From Prochlorococcus marinus subsp. pastoris str. CCMP1986 (GTDB taxonomy: Bacteria; Cyanobacteriota; Cyanobacteriia; PCC-6307; Cyanobiaceae): a DNA stretch of 32,000 nt. The notes below the pieces were generated by a model that was not told where the DNA came from, made no database searches, and saw only the letters and a list, made by a program, of their open reading frames with translations. The position numbers and the translations under genes were made by a program. Of this stretch, positions 7,740 to 17,553 are shown in pieces. Numbering within the stretch: position 1 is the first letter of the stretch; each line of letters opens with the position of its first letter. The stretch spans positions 120,001 to 152,000 of the forward strand of contig NC_005072.1 in NCBI RefSeq assembly GCF_000011465.1, in the 5' to 3' direction.

Positions 7740-10037
7740 TTATTCTAAAGATAAAGCATTTATTACAACGGTTATTGAACTAGTTGCCATCAATAATGCT
7801 GCGATTGATGGTGTAAGAAGAATGCCATATTTTGGAAATAGAATACCTCCCGCTATGGGAATTGCAATCAAGTTGTATCCAAAAGCCCAGAATAGATTTT
7901 GTTTAATTTTTCCTATTGTTCTTTTTGCAAGACTAAGTGCATAAGGTAATCCAGATAACTGATCTCCCATTAAAACAACATCTGCATTCGCTTTCGCAAT
8001 CTGGGTACCTGAACCAACTGCTATTCCTAAATTTGAAGCTGCCAAAGCAGGTGCATCATTTATTCCATCTCCAATCATTGCAACTTTATTGCTCTTCTTT
8101 AAATTTTCAATTATTTTTAATTTCATTTCTGGAAGAAGATCCCATTTTATTTCTGCTTCTGGACTATCTAATTTTTTTGCCAACTCCACTACAGTTTCTT
8201 TTCTATCTCCGCTTAAAATTTTTATATTATAATTATCCTCTCTTAATTTTTGAACAGAACTAATAGAATCCTCTCTTAATAAATCACCTAATAAAATAAA
8301 TCCGAGTAACTTCTTATTTATACATACTCCAATCACAGAATGGGATTTGTTTTCCTCATTTTCTAATATTTCTTTTGATTTACTATCAATTATTACTCCT
8401 TTACTATTCAACCATTCAACACTTCCAATATTGATTTCCCCATCAATTGAATCAAGTTCTCCTGATATACCTCTACCAGATTCTGTATGGATGTTTTTAA
8501 TTGTCAACAAGCTAAGGTTTTGTTTTTTGGCTTCATTAACTAATGCGCTAGCTATGGGATGTCGGCTTTGACTTTCTAAACTTGCAGATATTTTTAAAAG
8601 AAATAATTTATCAGCAGTATTTAAATAATCGATTATGAAAGGTTTACCTTTGGTCAATGTCCCTGTTTTATCAAAAATAATATGATTAATTTTTGATGCC
8701 ATTTCTATTTTATCTCCGCCTTTAAATAAAACGCCTTTTTTTGCAGCTTTACCTGATGCAACAGTTATTACTGTGGGAGTAGCAAGACCTAAAGCGCAGG
8801 GACAAGCTATTACTAAAACAGCAATTGAGAGTTGAATGGCTAAAGTTAAAAAATTTTCAGCATTACTACCTAATGAATTATGTAACGTATGGTTGGATGT
8901 GGTTAACAAGTCATGATGATTGTTTATTAACAAATCTGGCCAAATTTGTTTTGCACCTTTCCACCAAAAAAAGAAGCTTGAAGTTGCAATAAAAAGTACG
9001 AAGTATGTGAATTTCCCTGCAATCTTATCAGCGATTCTCTGAATTGGAGGCTTTTTAGATTGAACTGATTCAATAAGATTAACTAGTTTTGCTAGAGAAG
9101 TTTCTTCTCCCACTTTGATAACCTTTAGCTTTAAGGTGGAATTTAAATTTAATGAGCCATTAAGTAAATGTTCACCTGATTTCACATCTATAGGTTTAGA
9201 TTCCCCTGTAATATGAGAAACATCTACAGATGAATTTCCATTGATAACAATACAATCAGCTGGTACACGATCTCCAGCTAATAATTGAATTTCATCTCCT
9301 ATTTTTAAAGAATGTACTCTGACTGATTTGACTTTATTTGCTTCTATATAAATATTTGCCATTTCTGGTTGGAGATCTAGTAATTCTCCAATAGAAGAAC
9401 CTGTTTGATACTTTGCTCTTTCTTCTAAAAAACGTCCAATAAGAATAAACCCCAATAACATTACTGGTTCATTAAAAAAACAGGGAAAACCAGTCGAAGG
9501 AAATATTAATGATAATAGACTTGTTGTATAAGCACTACTTACTCCCAGAGCTACTAAAGAATCCATATCTGGTCGATTTTTAATAAGTGATTTGAATCCT
9601 TTGATTACAATTTCTCTTCCAGGAAAGAATAAAGCTAATGTGGCCAGTGCAGCATGAAAGAATAAATTTCCTAATATTGGTAAATTTAAAAAACCTCCTT
9701 CTGCTAAATGCCCTAACACTGAAAACAATAAAAGTAAGAGTGCAAAATTAAGTTTTTTCCATTGATTAATCCATTTCTTTTTTTTTTCTAATTGAACTTT
9801 ATTTACTTTTTTTGAAAAATCATTTATGTAAATCTTTGCGGGAAAACCGCTTTGCTTGAGGTTTTCTAAAACCTGATCAATGTTTGGAACTGTTTTATTA
9901 ATTTCAAAATATGCACTTTCAGTAAGTAAGTTAACAGAAACATTTTGTACCCCATCCGAATTTTTTAATATATTTTCTACCGTGTTAACACAACCCCCAC
10001 ATTTCATACCGGTAATATTTAATTGAATACTATTCAT
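7740..10037 (-). CDS. copper-translocating P1B-type ATPase (CtaA/PacS-like)
   Basis: N-terminal HMA domain GMKCGGC, TGES (ITGESKP), transmembrane CPC (CPCALGLATP), DKTGTLT phosphorylation site, GDGINDAPAL hinge. Confidence 0.93.
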   Translation of the reverse strand: MNSIQLNITGMKCGGCVNTVENILKNSDGVQNVSVNLLTESAYFEINKTVPNIDQVLENLKQSGFPAKIYINDFSKKVNKVQLEKKKKWINQWKKLNFALLLLLFSVLGHLAEGGFLNLPILGNLFFHAALATLALFFPGREIVIKGFKSLIKNRPDMDSLVALGVSSAYTTSLLSLIFPSTGFPCFFNEPVMLLGFILIGRFLEERAKYQTGSSIGELLDLQPEMANIYIEANKVKSVRVHSLKIGDEIQLLAGDRVPADCIVINGNSSVDVSHITGESKPIDVKSGEHLLNGSLNLNSTLKLKVIKVGEETSLAKLVNLIESVQSKKPPIQRIADKIAGKFTYFVLFIATSSFFFWWKGAKQIWPDLLINNHHDLLTTSNHTLHNSLGSNAENFLTLAIQLSIAVLVIACPCALGLATPTVITVASGKAAKKGVLFKGGDKIEMASKINHIIFDKTGTLTKGKPFIIDYLNTADKLFLLKISASLESQSRHPIASALVNEAKKQNLSLLTIKNIHTESGRGISGELDSIDGEINIGSVEWLNSKGVIIDSKSKEILENEENKSHSVIGVCINKKLLGFILLGDLLREDSISSVQKLREDNYNIKILSGDRKETVVELAKKLDSPEAEIKWDLLPEMKLKIIENLKKSNKVAMIGDGINDAPALAASNLGIAVGSGTQIAKANADVVLMGDQLSGLPYALSLAKRTIGKIKQNLFWAFGYNLIAIPIAGGILFPKYGILLTPSIAALLMATSSITVVINALSLE

Positions 10038-10154
10038 ATTTTTGCGATGAAAGCATAGTAATACTTGCTTGTATTAATTACTATAGTAATAAATGTTATA
10101 GACTTTATTAAATAGTTGATATTTTATTGACTATATTAACTTTATTTAAAAAAA

Positions 10155-10676
10155 GTGCCTAATAATCAAAACAGAGACAATTTTATAGATAAAGCTTTTA
10201 CTGTAATTGCTGAATCTATTGTAAAGATTATGCCTATTGCTGATAAAGAAAAAAAAGCTTACATATATTACAGAGATGGATTAGCTGCTCAAAATAATGG
10301 CGATTATTCAGAAGCTCTGGATTACTATAATGAAAGTCTATTACTAGAAGAAAATAAAATTGATAGAGGAGAAACTTTAAAGAACATGGCAATAATTTAT
10401 ATGAGTAATGGTGAGGAAGATAGATCTATAGAAACTTATCAAAAGGCCTTAGAAGAAAATCCAAAACAGCCATCTTGTCTTAAGAATATAGGTTTAATTT
10501 ATGAAAAAAGGGGGAGGTTTGCTGAACAGAATGGTGATTTAGATCAAAGAGATATGTGGTTCGACAAGGCTGCCCAAGTTTGGTCTAAGGCTGTAAGACT
10601 TTATCCTGGTGGATACTTAGATATTGAAAATTGGTTAAAAACTTCTGGAAGGAGTTCAATTGATATTTATCTCTAG
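10155..10676 (+). CDS. ycf3: photosystem I assembly protein Ycf3 (TPR protein), GTG start
   Basis: The N-terminus (M)[19 protein letters not shown]... and [28 protein letters not shown] repeats match Ycf3. 173 aa. Confidence 0.92.
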   Translation: MPNNQNRDNFIDKAFTVIAESIVKIMPIADKEKKAYIYYRDGLAAQNNGDYSEALDYYNESLLLEENKIDRGETLKNMAIIYMSNGEEDRSIETYQKALEENPKQPSCLKNIGLIYEKRGRFAEQNGDLDQRDMWFDKAAQVWSKAVRLYPGGYLDIENWLKTSGRSSIDIYL

Positions 10677-10688
10677 ATTTGTATAGAT

Positions 10689-12041
10689 TTACTCGTTCAA
10701 TGCATAATTAATAGCTTCATTTATATTTGAAATTTCTTTAATTTGTATGAATTTTTGAAAACTATCTTTAATTTCACTAGTAATTTTAGGTAGTAAAATA
10801 TTTTTAATACCAAGCCTAATAGCCTCATCAATTTTGGCTCTAATATTACTTGCCTGCCTTACCTGACCGCTTAAACCTAATTCGCCAATAAATGCACAAT
10901 TTATCAATGGTGGAATATTTTTTAAGCTTGATAAGATTGATATGGCAACTCCTAAATCTGAAGATGGGTCATTTATTTCAAAGCCACCTCCTGTAGCTAT
11001 ATAGCAGTCATATTCTGATAATTTAATCCCAACATGTTTTTCAATCACTGCTAATATTTGATGTAATCTATTTATGCTCATTCCAGTTGTTGTTCGTCTT
11101 GGGTTATTGTAGAAAGTCTTATTTACTAAAGCTTGAATATCAACTGCAAATGGTCTCGATCCTTCATTAGTGATAGTGGTTGTGACGCCGGCTATATTTT
11201 CTTTATTTGTGAATATTGAACTAGGGTTAATAACTTCTCTTAAACCATTTTCTAACATTTCAAAAATTCCAATTTCAAAAGTTGATCCAAATCTATTTTT
11301 TACACTTCTTAGTAATCTATGGGAGGCAATATTATCTCCTTCAAAATTGAGTACCACATCTACTAAATGTTCTAAAGTTTTTGGACCGGCAAGAGCTCCA
11401 TCTTTCGTAACGTGACCTATTATCAAAAGGGCTATATTATTTTCTTTAGCAAGATTCTGAAGTTCAGATGAACAAGTCCTTACTTGGGAAACAGATCCTG
11501 GAGAACTTTCCATCTCATCATTATTAATAGCTTGGATACTATCAATAATCGCAAAACCAGGTTTTATTTTTTTAATCTCTTCGATAATTAAAGATAAATT
11601 AGTTTCTGCATAAATTTTTAAATCGAGGCTGCTTTGATTTAATCTTTCCCATCTTATTTTTACTTGTTCTAAAGATTCTTCTGCAGTGATGTATAAAACT
11701 TTTTCATTAAGGGATATTTTCCCTGCTGATTGAAGCACTATGGTACTTTTACCAATTCCTGGTTCTCCTCCAAGTAAAACTATAGATCCCGGAACTATAC
11801 CACCACCTAGTACTCTGTCAAACTCTTTAAAACCACTCGTAAATCTTGATATATTACCTATTTCTATTTCATTAAACAGCTTAGATTTTTTATTTTTATT
11901 AACACTAGTTATTTTAGATCTAGTGTTTTTTCTTTCTTCAACGATGGTATTCCATTCATTACAATTTAAGCATCTTCCGAAGTATTGAGAAGTCTCAGAT
12001 CCGCAATTTTGACAAATAAAAGTCGAAAATTTATTAGACAT
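10689..12041 (-). CDS. radA: DNA repair protein RadA/Sms
   Basis: Zinc ribbon CQNCGSE..CLNCNEWNT, Walker A GGEPGIGKST, KNRFG motif, Lon-like C-terminal domain. Confidence 0.95.
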   Translation of the reverse strand: MSNKFSTFICQNCGSETSQYFGRCLNCNEWNTIVEERKNTRSKITSVNKNKKSKLFNEIEIGNISRFTSGFKEFDRVLGGGIVPGSIVLLGGEPGIGKSTIVLQSAGKISLNEKVLYITAEESLEQVKIRWERLNQSSLDLKIYAETNLSLIIEEIKKIKPGFAIIDSIQAINNDEMESSPGSVSQVRTCSSELQNLAKENNIALLIIGHVTKDGALAGPKTLEHLVDVVLNFEGDNIASHRLLRSVKNRFGSTFEIGIFEMLENGLREVINPSSIFTNKENIAGVTTTITNEGSRPFAVDIQALVNKTFYNNPRRTTTGMSINRLHQILAVIEKHVGIKLSEYDCYIATGGGFEINDPSSDLGVAISILSSLKNIPPLINCAFIGELGLSGQVRQASNIRAKIDEAIRLGIKNILLPKITSEIKDSFQKFIQIKEISNINEAINYALNE

Positions 12042-12147
12042 TTAATTTTTGATTAGATTCAGGAACTAAGATGTTTGGGATTTTGCCCCTCTACAAGTTA
12101 GATTGGGTAAAAGATAAATTCTCTTACTGATTAGCTAATAGAAACAA

Positions 12148-12894
12148 ATGGCTGTATCTAGTCAAACAAAAGAAACAATACTTGTCGCAGATGACGAGGC
12201 AAGCATTAGAAGAATTCTCGAGACTCGTCTCTCAATGATTGGTTACAAAGTGGTAACTGCTTGTGATGGTAAAGAAGCACTAAAATTGTTTAAAGATTAC
12301 GATCCTGACTTGGTTGTACTTGATGTAATGATGCCAAAATTAGATGGATATGGAGTGTGTCAAGAATTAAGAAAAGACTCAGACGTACCTATTGTGATGC
12401 TTACCGCATTAGGGGATGTAGCAGATAGAATTACAGGATTAGAATTAGGCGCTGATGATTATGTGGTTAAACCCTTTAGTCCAAAAGAATTAGAAGCTAG
12501 GATTAGGTGTGTATTAAGACGAATAGATAAAGAGCAACTTCCTGGAATGCCAAATTCAGGTTTAATTTTGGTTACAGATATTAAAATTGATACAAATCGA
12601 AGACAAGTTTTTAAAAGTGATGAAAGAATCAGGTTAACAGGCATGGAATTTAGTCTTTTAGAACTTTTAGTCAGTAGATCAGGAGAACCATTTAGTCGAG
12701 GAGAGATTTTGAAAGAAGTTTGGGGCTATACACCTGAAAGACATGTAGATACGAGAGTAGTTGACGTTCATATATCTAGATTAAGATCGAAATTGGAGGC
12801 TGATCCTGCAAATCCTGAATTAATTCTTACAGCAAGAGGTACAGGATATCTGTTTCAAAGGATAGTTGATATATCTCCATTTGACGGTAAATAG
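12148..12894 (+). CDS. rpaB: OmpR-family response regulator RpaB (Ycf27)
   Basis: ILVADDEASIRRILETRLSMIGYKVVTACDGKEAL is the characteristic RpaB N-terminus. C-terminal winged helix VDVHISRLRSKLE...GTGYLF. Confidence 0.92.
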   Translation: MAVSSQTKETILVADDEASIRRILETRLSMIGYKVVTACDGKEALKLFKDYDPDLVVLDVMMPKLDGYGVCQELRKDSDVPIVMLTALGDVADRITGLELGADDYVVKPFSPKELEARIRCVLRRIDKEQLPGMPNSGLILVTDIKIDTNRRQVFKSDERIRLTGMEFSLLELLVSRSGEPFSRGEILKEVWGYTPERHVDTRVVDVHISRLRSKLEADPANPELILTARGTGYLFQRIVDISPFDGK

Positions 12895-14295
12895 ATGGAA
12901 AAAGATTCTTCTATTAAAAAGTCTAGAGCTATAAGAAGATTAGTTATTTGGTATAAAAGAAATTCTGCTGTGACTTCAATAGTTGATACAGCGGCTAATT
13001 CTGCTGTAACTGCAAGTAATGTCGCGGGCAACGTGGTTTCTGGTGCTGGTTCTGTTGTAAGTACTGCAAGTAATGTTGCGGGTAATGTAGCAGGTAATGT
13101 AGTTTCTAGTGCTGAATCAGTTGTTAACACTGCTAGTAATGTAGTTTCTAGTGCTAGTTCAATTGCAAAAAATACACTGCAGCCATTAGTTTTTGACCCT
13201 TTAAAAAGGTTACAAAATAGTGATAATTTAATAAGTAAAGAAGAGGTACCAAATTCTGAGAGGATTTGGATCGCAGTTGATGGTATGGGGGGAGATTATG
13301 CACCTGTGCCCATTTTGGAAGGCTGTCTCGGTGCTATCAGTAGATTTCCTATAAATATAAAGTTTGTAGGCAAAATTGAAAAAGTTAGATATGAAGCAGA
13401 AAGAGTTGGTCTAATAGATTTGTTAGAAAAAGAAATTGATAATAATCGTCTTGAATTAATAGATAGTGGAGATCCTATAGGGATGAATGAAGAAGCAACA
13501 GCAGTACGAAAAAGAAAAGATGCGAGTATAAATGTTGCTATGGATTTGGTTAAAACTAATAAGGCAAAAGCTGTTTATTCGGCAGGCAACTCAGGAGCTC
13601 TTATGGCCTCTGCAATATTTAGGATAGGGAGATTGAAAGGAATCGAACGACCTGCAATAGGAGCGTTATTCCCAACTAGAGATCAAACTCGACCTGTATT
13701 AGTTCTTGATGTCGGAGCAAATACTGATTGTAAGCCCTCTTATCTTCATCAATTTGCACTTCTTGGTAATGTTTATGCCAAAGATGTTTTACAAATAGAA
13801 AAACCACGAATTGGCTTATTAAATATCGGCGAAGAAGAATGTAAAGGGAATGATTTATCTATAAAAACATTTGAATTACTATCCAATGAAAAAAGTTTTA
13901 ATTTTGGGGGTAATTGTGAAGGAAGAGATGTTTTATCGGGTGATTTTGATGTGGTCGTTTGTGATGGTTTTACAGGAAATATATTACTTAAATTTCTTGA
14001 GTCAGTTGGAGGGGTTCTATTAGATATTTTGAGATCCGAACTGCCTAGAGGAAGAAGGGGAAAGGTTGGTTCTGCATTTTTAAAAAGTAATTTACTAAGA
14101 ATAAAGAAAAGGTTAGATCATGCTGAACATGGAGGAGCATTGTTGCTTGGGGTAAATGGTATTTGTGTAATTGGCCATGGTAGTAGTAAGTCTTTATCAG
14201 TAGTAAGTGCTCTGCGTTTGGCTCACTCTGCTGTAAATCATAATGTTATGGAAAATTTAAATCAACTTCAAAAGCTTCAAGTTTTAAATTCTTAA
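12895..14295 (+). CDS. plsX: phosphate acyltransferase PlsX with an N-terminal repeat extension of about 120 aa (start uncertain)
   Basis: The canonical PlsX core begins at RIWIAVDGMGGDYAP (about 13264). No ATG/GTG/TTG occurs in frame between 12895 and that point. The ATG at 12895 directly abuts the rpaB TAG. Confidence 0.88.
   Translation: MEKDSSIKKSRAIRRLVIWYKRNSAVTSIVDTAANSAVTASNVAGNVVSGAGSVVSTASNVAGNVAGNVVSSAESVVNTASNVVSSASSIAKNTLQPLVFDPLKRLQNSDNLISKEEVPNSERIWIAVDGMGGDYAPVPILEGCLGAISRFPINIKFVGKIEKVRYEAERVGLIDLLEKEIDNNRLELIDSGDPIGMNEEATAVRKRKDASINVAMDLVKTNKAKAVYSAGNSGALMASAIFRIGRLKGIERPAIGALFPTRDQTRPVLVLDVGANTDCKPSYLHQFALLGNVYAKDVLQIEKPRIGLLNIGEEECKGNDLSIKTFELLSNEKSFNFGGNCEGRDVLSGDFDVVVCDGFTGNILLKFLESVGGVLLDILRSELPRGRRGKVGSAFLKSNLLRIKKRLDHAEHGGALLLGVNGICVIGHGSSKSLSVVSALRLAHSAVNHNVMENLNQLQKLQVLNS
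12961..13160 (+). repeat. in-frame imperfect tandem repeats (54/66-nt period) encoding A/S/N/V/G-rich peptide units
   Basis: ACTGCAAGTAAT at 13009 and 13063, ACTGCTAGTAAT at 13129; GTAGTTTCTAGTGCT at 13099 and 13141; AATTCTGCTGT(G/A)ACT at 12961 and 12997. Peptide units: TASNVAGNVVSGAGSVVS / TASNVAGNVAGNVVSSAESVVN / TASNVVSSASS. Confidence 0.85.
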
Positions 14296-14348
14296 AACAT
14301 ATTTTGTCAGATTTGTGTTTGACTTATATAAGTAAATAGATAACTCTT

Positions 14349-15356
14349 TTGGAAGGAATAAATTTAAATCAAATTGGAGTCTCATTTAAAGGAAGTGGAA
14401 GTTACGTACCAAATCAAATCCTGACGAATCAGGAAATTAGTAAGAAGGTAGAGACTAGTGATGAATGGATAAAATCTAGAACAGGTATTTCTCAGAGAAG
14501 AATTTCTGGATTATCAGAAAATGTTAGCGAAATGGGTTACAAGGCAGCATTGGGAGCAATTGAGATGGCTAGATGGGATATTGAAACAATTGATCTAATA
14601 ATATTAGCTACATCAACTCCAAATGATCTATTTGGTTCTGCTCCTGAAATTCAGTCAAAACTAGGCGCAATTAATGCTGTTGCTTTTGATTTGACAGCTG
14701 CTTGCAGTGGTTTCTTATTTGCGGCAATAACAGCTACTCAATTTTTAAAAGCAGGTAGTTATAAAAGAGCTGTAGTAATAGGCTCAGATCAACTTTCAAG
14801 TTATGTAGATTGGAATGATAGAAGAAGTTGCATTTTATTCGGGGACGGAGCGGGTGCAATAGCAATCGAAGGAACAAATGAATTAGATAATTTACTTGGC
14901 TTTAGTATGAGGACAGATGGTCAAAGAGGTTCTTTCTTAAATCTTCCATCTCAAAATAATCAAGATCTAATTATTAATGATATTAATTTTTCCAGTGGGG
15001 GGTTTTCCTCAATTAAGATGAATGGACAAGAAGTATATAAATTTGCGGTTAGAGAGGTACCATTAATTATTGATAATTTATTTAAAAAAACAAATTTCAA
15101 TTCTGAAAAAATTAATTGGCTTTTATTACATCAAGCAAATCAAAGAATATTAGATTCTGTTGGAGAAAGGCTAAATGTTTCAACAGAAAAGATTCTCAGT
15201 AATTTAAGTAACTATGGAAACACTTCAGCGGCAACAATTCCTTTAATGCTAGATGAGGCTATAAGAAATAAGAAAATTAAAGAAAATGATATTATTGCCA
15301 CAAGTGGTTTTGGTGCTGGGTTAAGTTGGGGTGCAGCCCTTATTCGATGGGGTTAA
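14349..15356 (+). CDS. fabH: 3-oxoacyl-ACP synthase III, TTG start
   Basis: Active-site AACSGF, HQANQRI, GNTSAATIP. TTG at 14349 is the first canonical start after the in-frame TAG at 14337. Confidence 0.93.
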   Translation: MEGINLNQIGVSFKGSGSYVPNQILTNQEISKKVETSDEWIKSRTGISQRRISGLSENVSEMGYKAALGAIEMARWDIETIDLIILATSTPNDLFGSAPEIQSKLGAINAVAFDLTAACSGFLFAAITATQFLKAGSYKRAVVIGSDQLSSYVDWNDRRSCILFGDGAGAIAIEGTNELDNLLGFSMRTDGQRGSFLNLPSQNNQDLIINDINFSSGGFSSIKMNGQEVYKFAVREVPLIIDNLFKKTNFNSEKINWLLLHQANQRILDSVGERLNVSTEKILSNLSNYGNTSAATIPLMLDEAIRNKKIKENDIIATSGFGAGLSWGAALIRWG

Positions 15357-15370
15357 ATAAAAGTTTTATT

Positions 15371-16267
15371 ATGACAGTCGCATGGGTATTCCCTGGTCAG
15401 GGTTCACAAAAAATTGGTATGGCAAATAAAGTTATAGATTTGCCAAATGCAAAATTTAGGTTTAATTATGCCTCCGAAGTATTCGAGAGAAATTTATTTG
15501 AAATTTGTGAACTAAATTCTGATAAGAAAAATCTTTCTGATGATTTAAATAATACAAAGAACACTCAAATTTGTCTTTTTCTAGTGGAATCAGTATTATT
15601 AGACTCTTTAAAAGAAAATGGCTTTAAACCAACCTATATCGCTGGACATAGTTTAGGTGAAATTACGGCTTTATATTGTGCTGATGTTTTGTCTTTTGAA
15701 GATTGTGTACAACTTATAAAAGTTAGATCTGGATTAATGGCAGATGCCGCAAAGGGATCTATGGCAGCATTAATAAGTTTTGATAGAGATCAATTAGATT
15801 TACTGGTAGAAGAGATTGACGATCTTGTAATAGCGAATGACAATAGCTCTTCTCAAGTTGTTCTATCAGGAAGCGAAAAAGCTTTAGATAATATTTCAAA
15901 ACGAATTAAAGCAAAAAGATTCCTTAAATTAAATGTTTCGGGTGCTTTTCATTCACCATTCATGAAAGAATCATCATTTCAATTTTCAAAATATTTAGAC
16001 ACTCTAGAATTTAATCAGCCTTCTATGCCCGTTATAAGTAATTCTCATCCATCACTATGTAATAATCCAAATGATCTGAAGGTTAGGTTTAAAAATCAAA
16101 TGTGTAATGGTGTTAGATGGCGTCAAACTATGGATTTAATGAAAGAGAATAGTATTCTTCAAATGGTAGAAATTGGCCCATCTAATGTCCTTGGTGGTCT
16201 AGGTAAAAGGCATTTAAAGGATGTAAAAATTTCTCAAGTATCTTCTGCAGATCAAATTAAATATTGA
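15371..16267 (+). CDS. fabD: malonyl-CoA:ACP transacylase
   Basis: MTVAWVFPGQGSQ start and GHSLGE active site. I prefer the ATG at 15371 to the track start at 15326, which would overlap fabH by 31 nt. Confidence 0.9.
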   Translation: MTVAWVFPGQGSQKIGMANKVIDLPNAKFRFNYASEVFERNLFEICELNSDKKNLSDDLNNTKNTQICLFLVESVLLDSLKENGFKPTYIAGHSLGEITALYCADVLSFEDCVQLIKVRSGLMADAAKGSMAALISFDRDQLDLLVEEIDDLVIANDNSSSQVVLSGSEKALDNISKRIKAKRFLKLNVSGAFHSPFMKESSFQFSKYLDTLEFNQPSMPVISNSHPSLCNNPNDLKVRFKNQMCNGVRWRQTMDLMKENSILQMVEIGPSNVLGGLGKRHLKDVKISQVSSADQIKY

Positions 16268-16271
16268 TTTA

Positions 16272-16892
16272 ATGAAAAGTTATTTTTATCAAAAATTAAT
16301 TTATAAATTGGTAAGTCAAATAATTATTTTACCGATTTATAAATTGATATTTCGAGGCAAGTTAATTGGTAGAGAAAACATTCCTCAGAAGGGTGCTTTC
16401 ATAATGGTATCTAATCACGGTTCCCTACTTGATCCTCCTTTACTAGGTCATGCTATTGGTCGGAATATATCTTTTATGGCCAAGTCAGAACTTTTTAGAA
16501 TCCCCTTACTTGGGTTTATAATAAAATCATGTGGAGCTTATCCTGTAAAGAGAGGCATAGTAGATAAAACGACTATTAAAACTGCATGTGAAAAATTATT
16601 AAATAATAATAGTATTGGTATATTTATTGATGGTACTCGACAAAAAGATGGTCGCGTAAATAAGCCAAAACAAGGAGCAGCTCTTTTATCTTTTAAAAAT
16701 CAAAAAATGTTATTACCAGTTGCAATTATTAATTCAAATAGATTAGTTAGATTAAAGTTTTTTATTCCATTTTTCACAAAAATAGTTATTAAAGTTGGGA
16801 AACCGATTAATCCCCCTAAAGGCGCATCAAAAGACGATTTAGGTAAAGTAACATATCATTTGCAGGAGTCTATAAATAATATGCTTGATTGA
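16272..16892 (+). CDS. plsC: 1-acyl-sn-glycerol-3-phosphate acyltransferase
   Basis: HX4D motif NHGSLLDP and FIDGTR block. Follows plsX-fabH-fabD in a lipid-synthesis cluster. Confidence 0.85.
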   Translation: MKSYFYQKLIYKLVSQIIILPIYKLIFRGKLIGRENIPQKGAFIMVSNHGSLLDPPLLGHAIGRNISFMAKSELFRIPLLGFIIKSCGAYPVKRGIVDKTTIKTACEKLLNNNSIGIFIDGTRQKDGRVNKPKQGAALLSFKNQKMLLPVAIINSNRLVRLKFFIPFFTKIVIKVGKPINPPKGASKDDLGKVTYHLQESINNMLD

Positions 16893-16896
16893 ATGA

Positions 16897-17547
16897 TCAG
16901 TTAATTGGGGATATTGGATATAATGGCAAAACTTTTTCCCAAGTATTAGAACTTGAATGTTGTGAATTTTTATTAGATAAATTCAATAGTTCTTTTAAAT
17001 CTTCTATGTCAGAATATTCAGCTTGATAAGAAGACTCTGTATCTGTTAATTCTTCAAAAATTTTTGGAATAATTTTTTCTTTGATAGTGATGTTTTTGTT
17101 TGCTTTTTCAGAAATGCATACTTCATATTTTCCTGCAATATATCCTCTTCTTTTTAATTTTTTGAAAATCCAAAATGAATTTTTATCGATATAGATATTA
17201 TTTTGCGTGGCAATTCTTTTTGCCATCAATTCAAAAGAACTAAAACTATCTAATGAGCAATTTATTTGCTGAGCGAGAGTTCTCGCCAATACAATTATTT
17301 GTCTGGAAGCATTAAAGTTTGATGGCCCAATACTTACAGATATTTTATTAATTCTTTTTAAATTTTCTTTTGTAATAAAATTTGAAAAATCAACTATTAA
17401 ATTATTACATAAATCTTTCTCAAATTTTTTTGTAAAAAAGTTTTCAGATAAAGAGTTTTTATTTTCTCTGTAAGCGAAGCCAAAAGAGTCATCAGTACTG
17501 TGAATTGCTAAGGTTAATTTATTATGGTTTGTTACTTCGTAAGGCAT
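16897..17547 (-). CDS. TsaB/YeaZ-like protein (divergent)
   Basis: LTLAIHSTDDSFGFAY resembles the ILAIDTS start. ISVSIGPSNFNASRQIIVLARTLAQ aligns to the TsaB block GPGSFTGLRIG..A.GLA but is degenerate. Confidence 0.5.
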   Translation of the reverse strand: MPYEVTNHNKLTLAIHSTDDSFGFAYRENKNSLSENFFTKKFEKDLCNNLIVDFSNFITKENLKRINKISVSIGPSNFNASRQIIVLARTLAQQINCSLDSFSSFELMAKRIATQNNIYIDKNSFWIFKKLKRRGYIAGKYEVCISEKANKNITIKEKIIPKIFEELTDTESSYQAEYSDIEDLKELLNLSNKNSQHSSSNTWEKVLPLYPISPIN

Positions 17548-17553
17548 TTACCT

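Noticed and set aside
10038-10154. 9-mer direct repeat ATAGTAATA (10055..10063, 10083..10091) and an imperfect hairpin in the Cu-ATPase / ycf3 divergent spacer
   Set aside because: They are short, AT-only motifs in about 85 percent AT sequence, so chance occurrence is plausible. I cannot support a regulator site without comparative data.
12855-13130. 91-aa minus-strand ORF with striking TLPATLLAV repeats
   Set aside because: It is the antisense reading of the plsX N-terminal tandem repeats. Its repetitiveness is inherited from them, and it overlaps the rpaB 3-prime end. It has no independent support.
15326-15370. Upstream ATG for fabD (track start 15326)
   Set aside because: It would overlap fabH by 31 nt and add a non-conserved MGCSPYSMGLNKSFI leader. 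The ATG at 15371 gives the canonical MTVAWVFPGQGSQ N-terminus.
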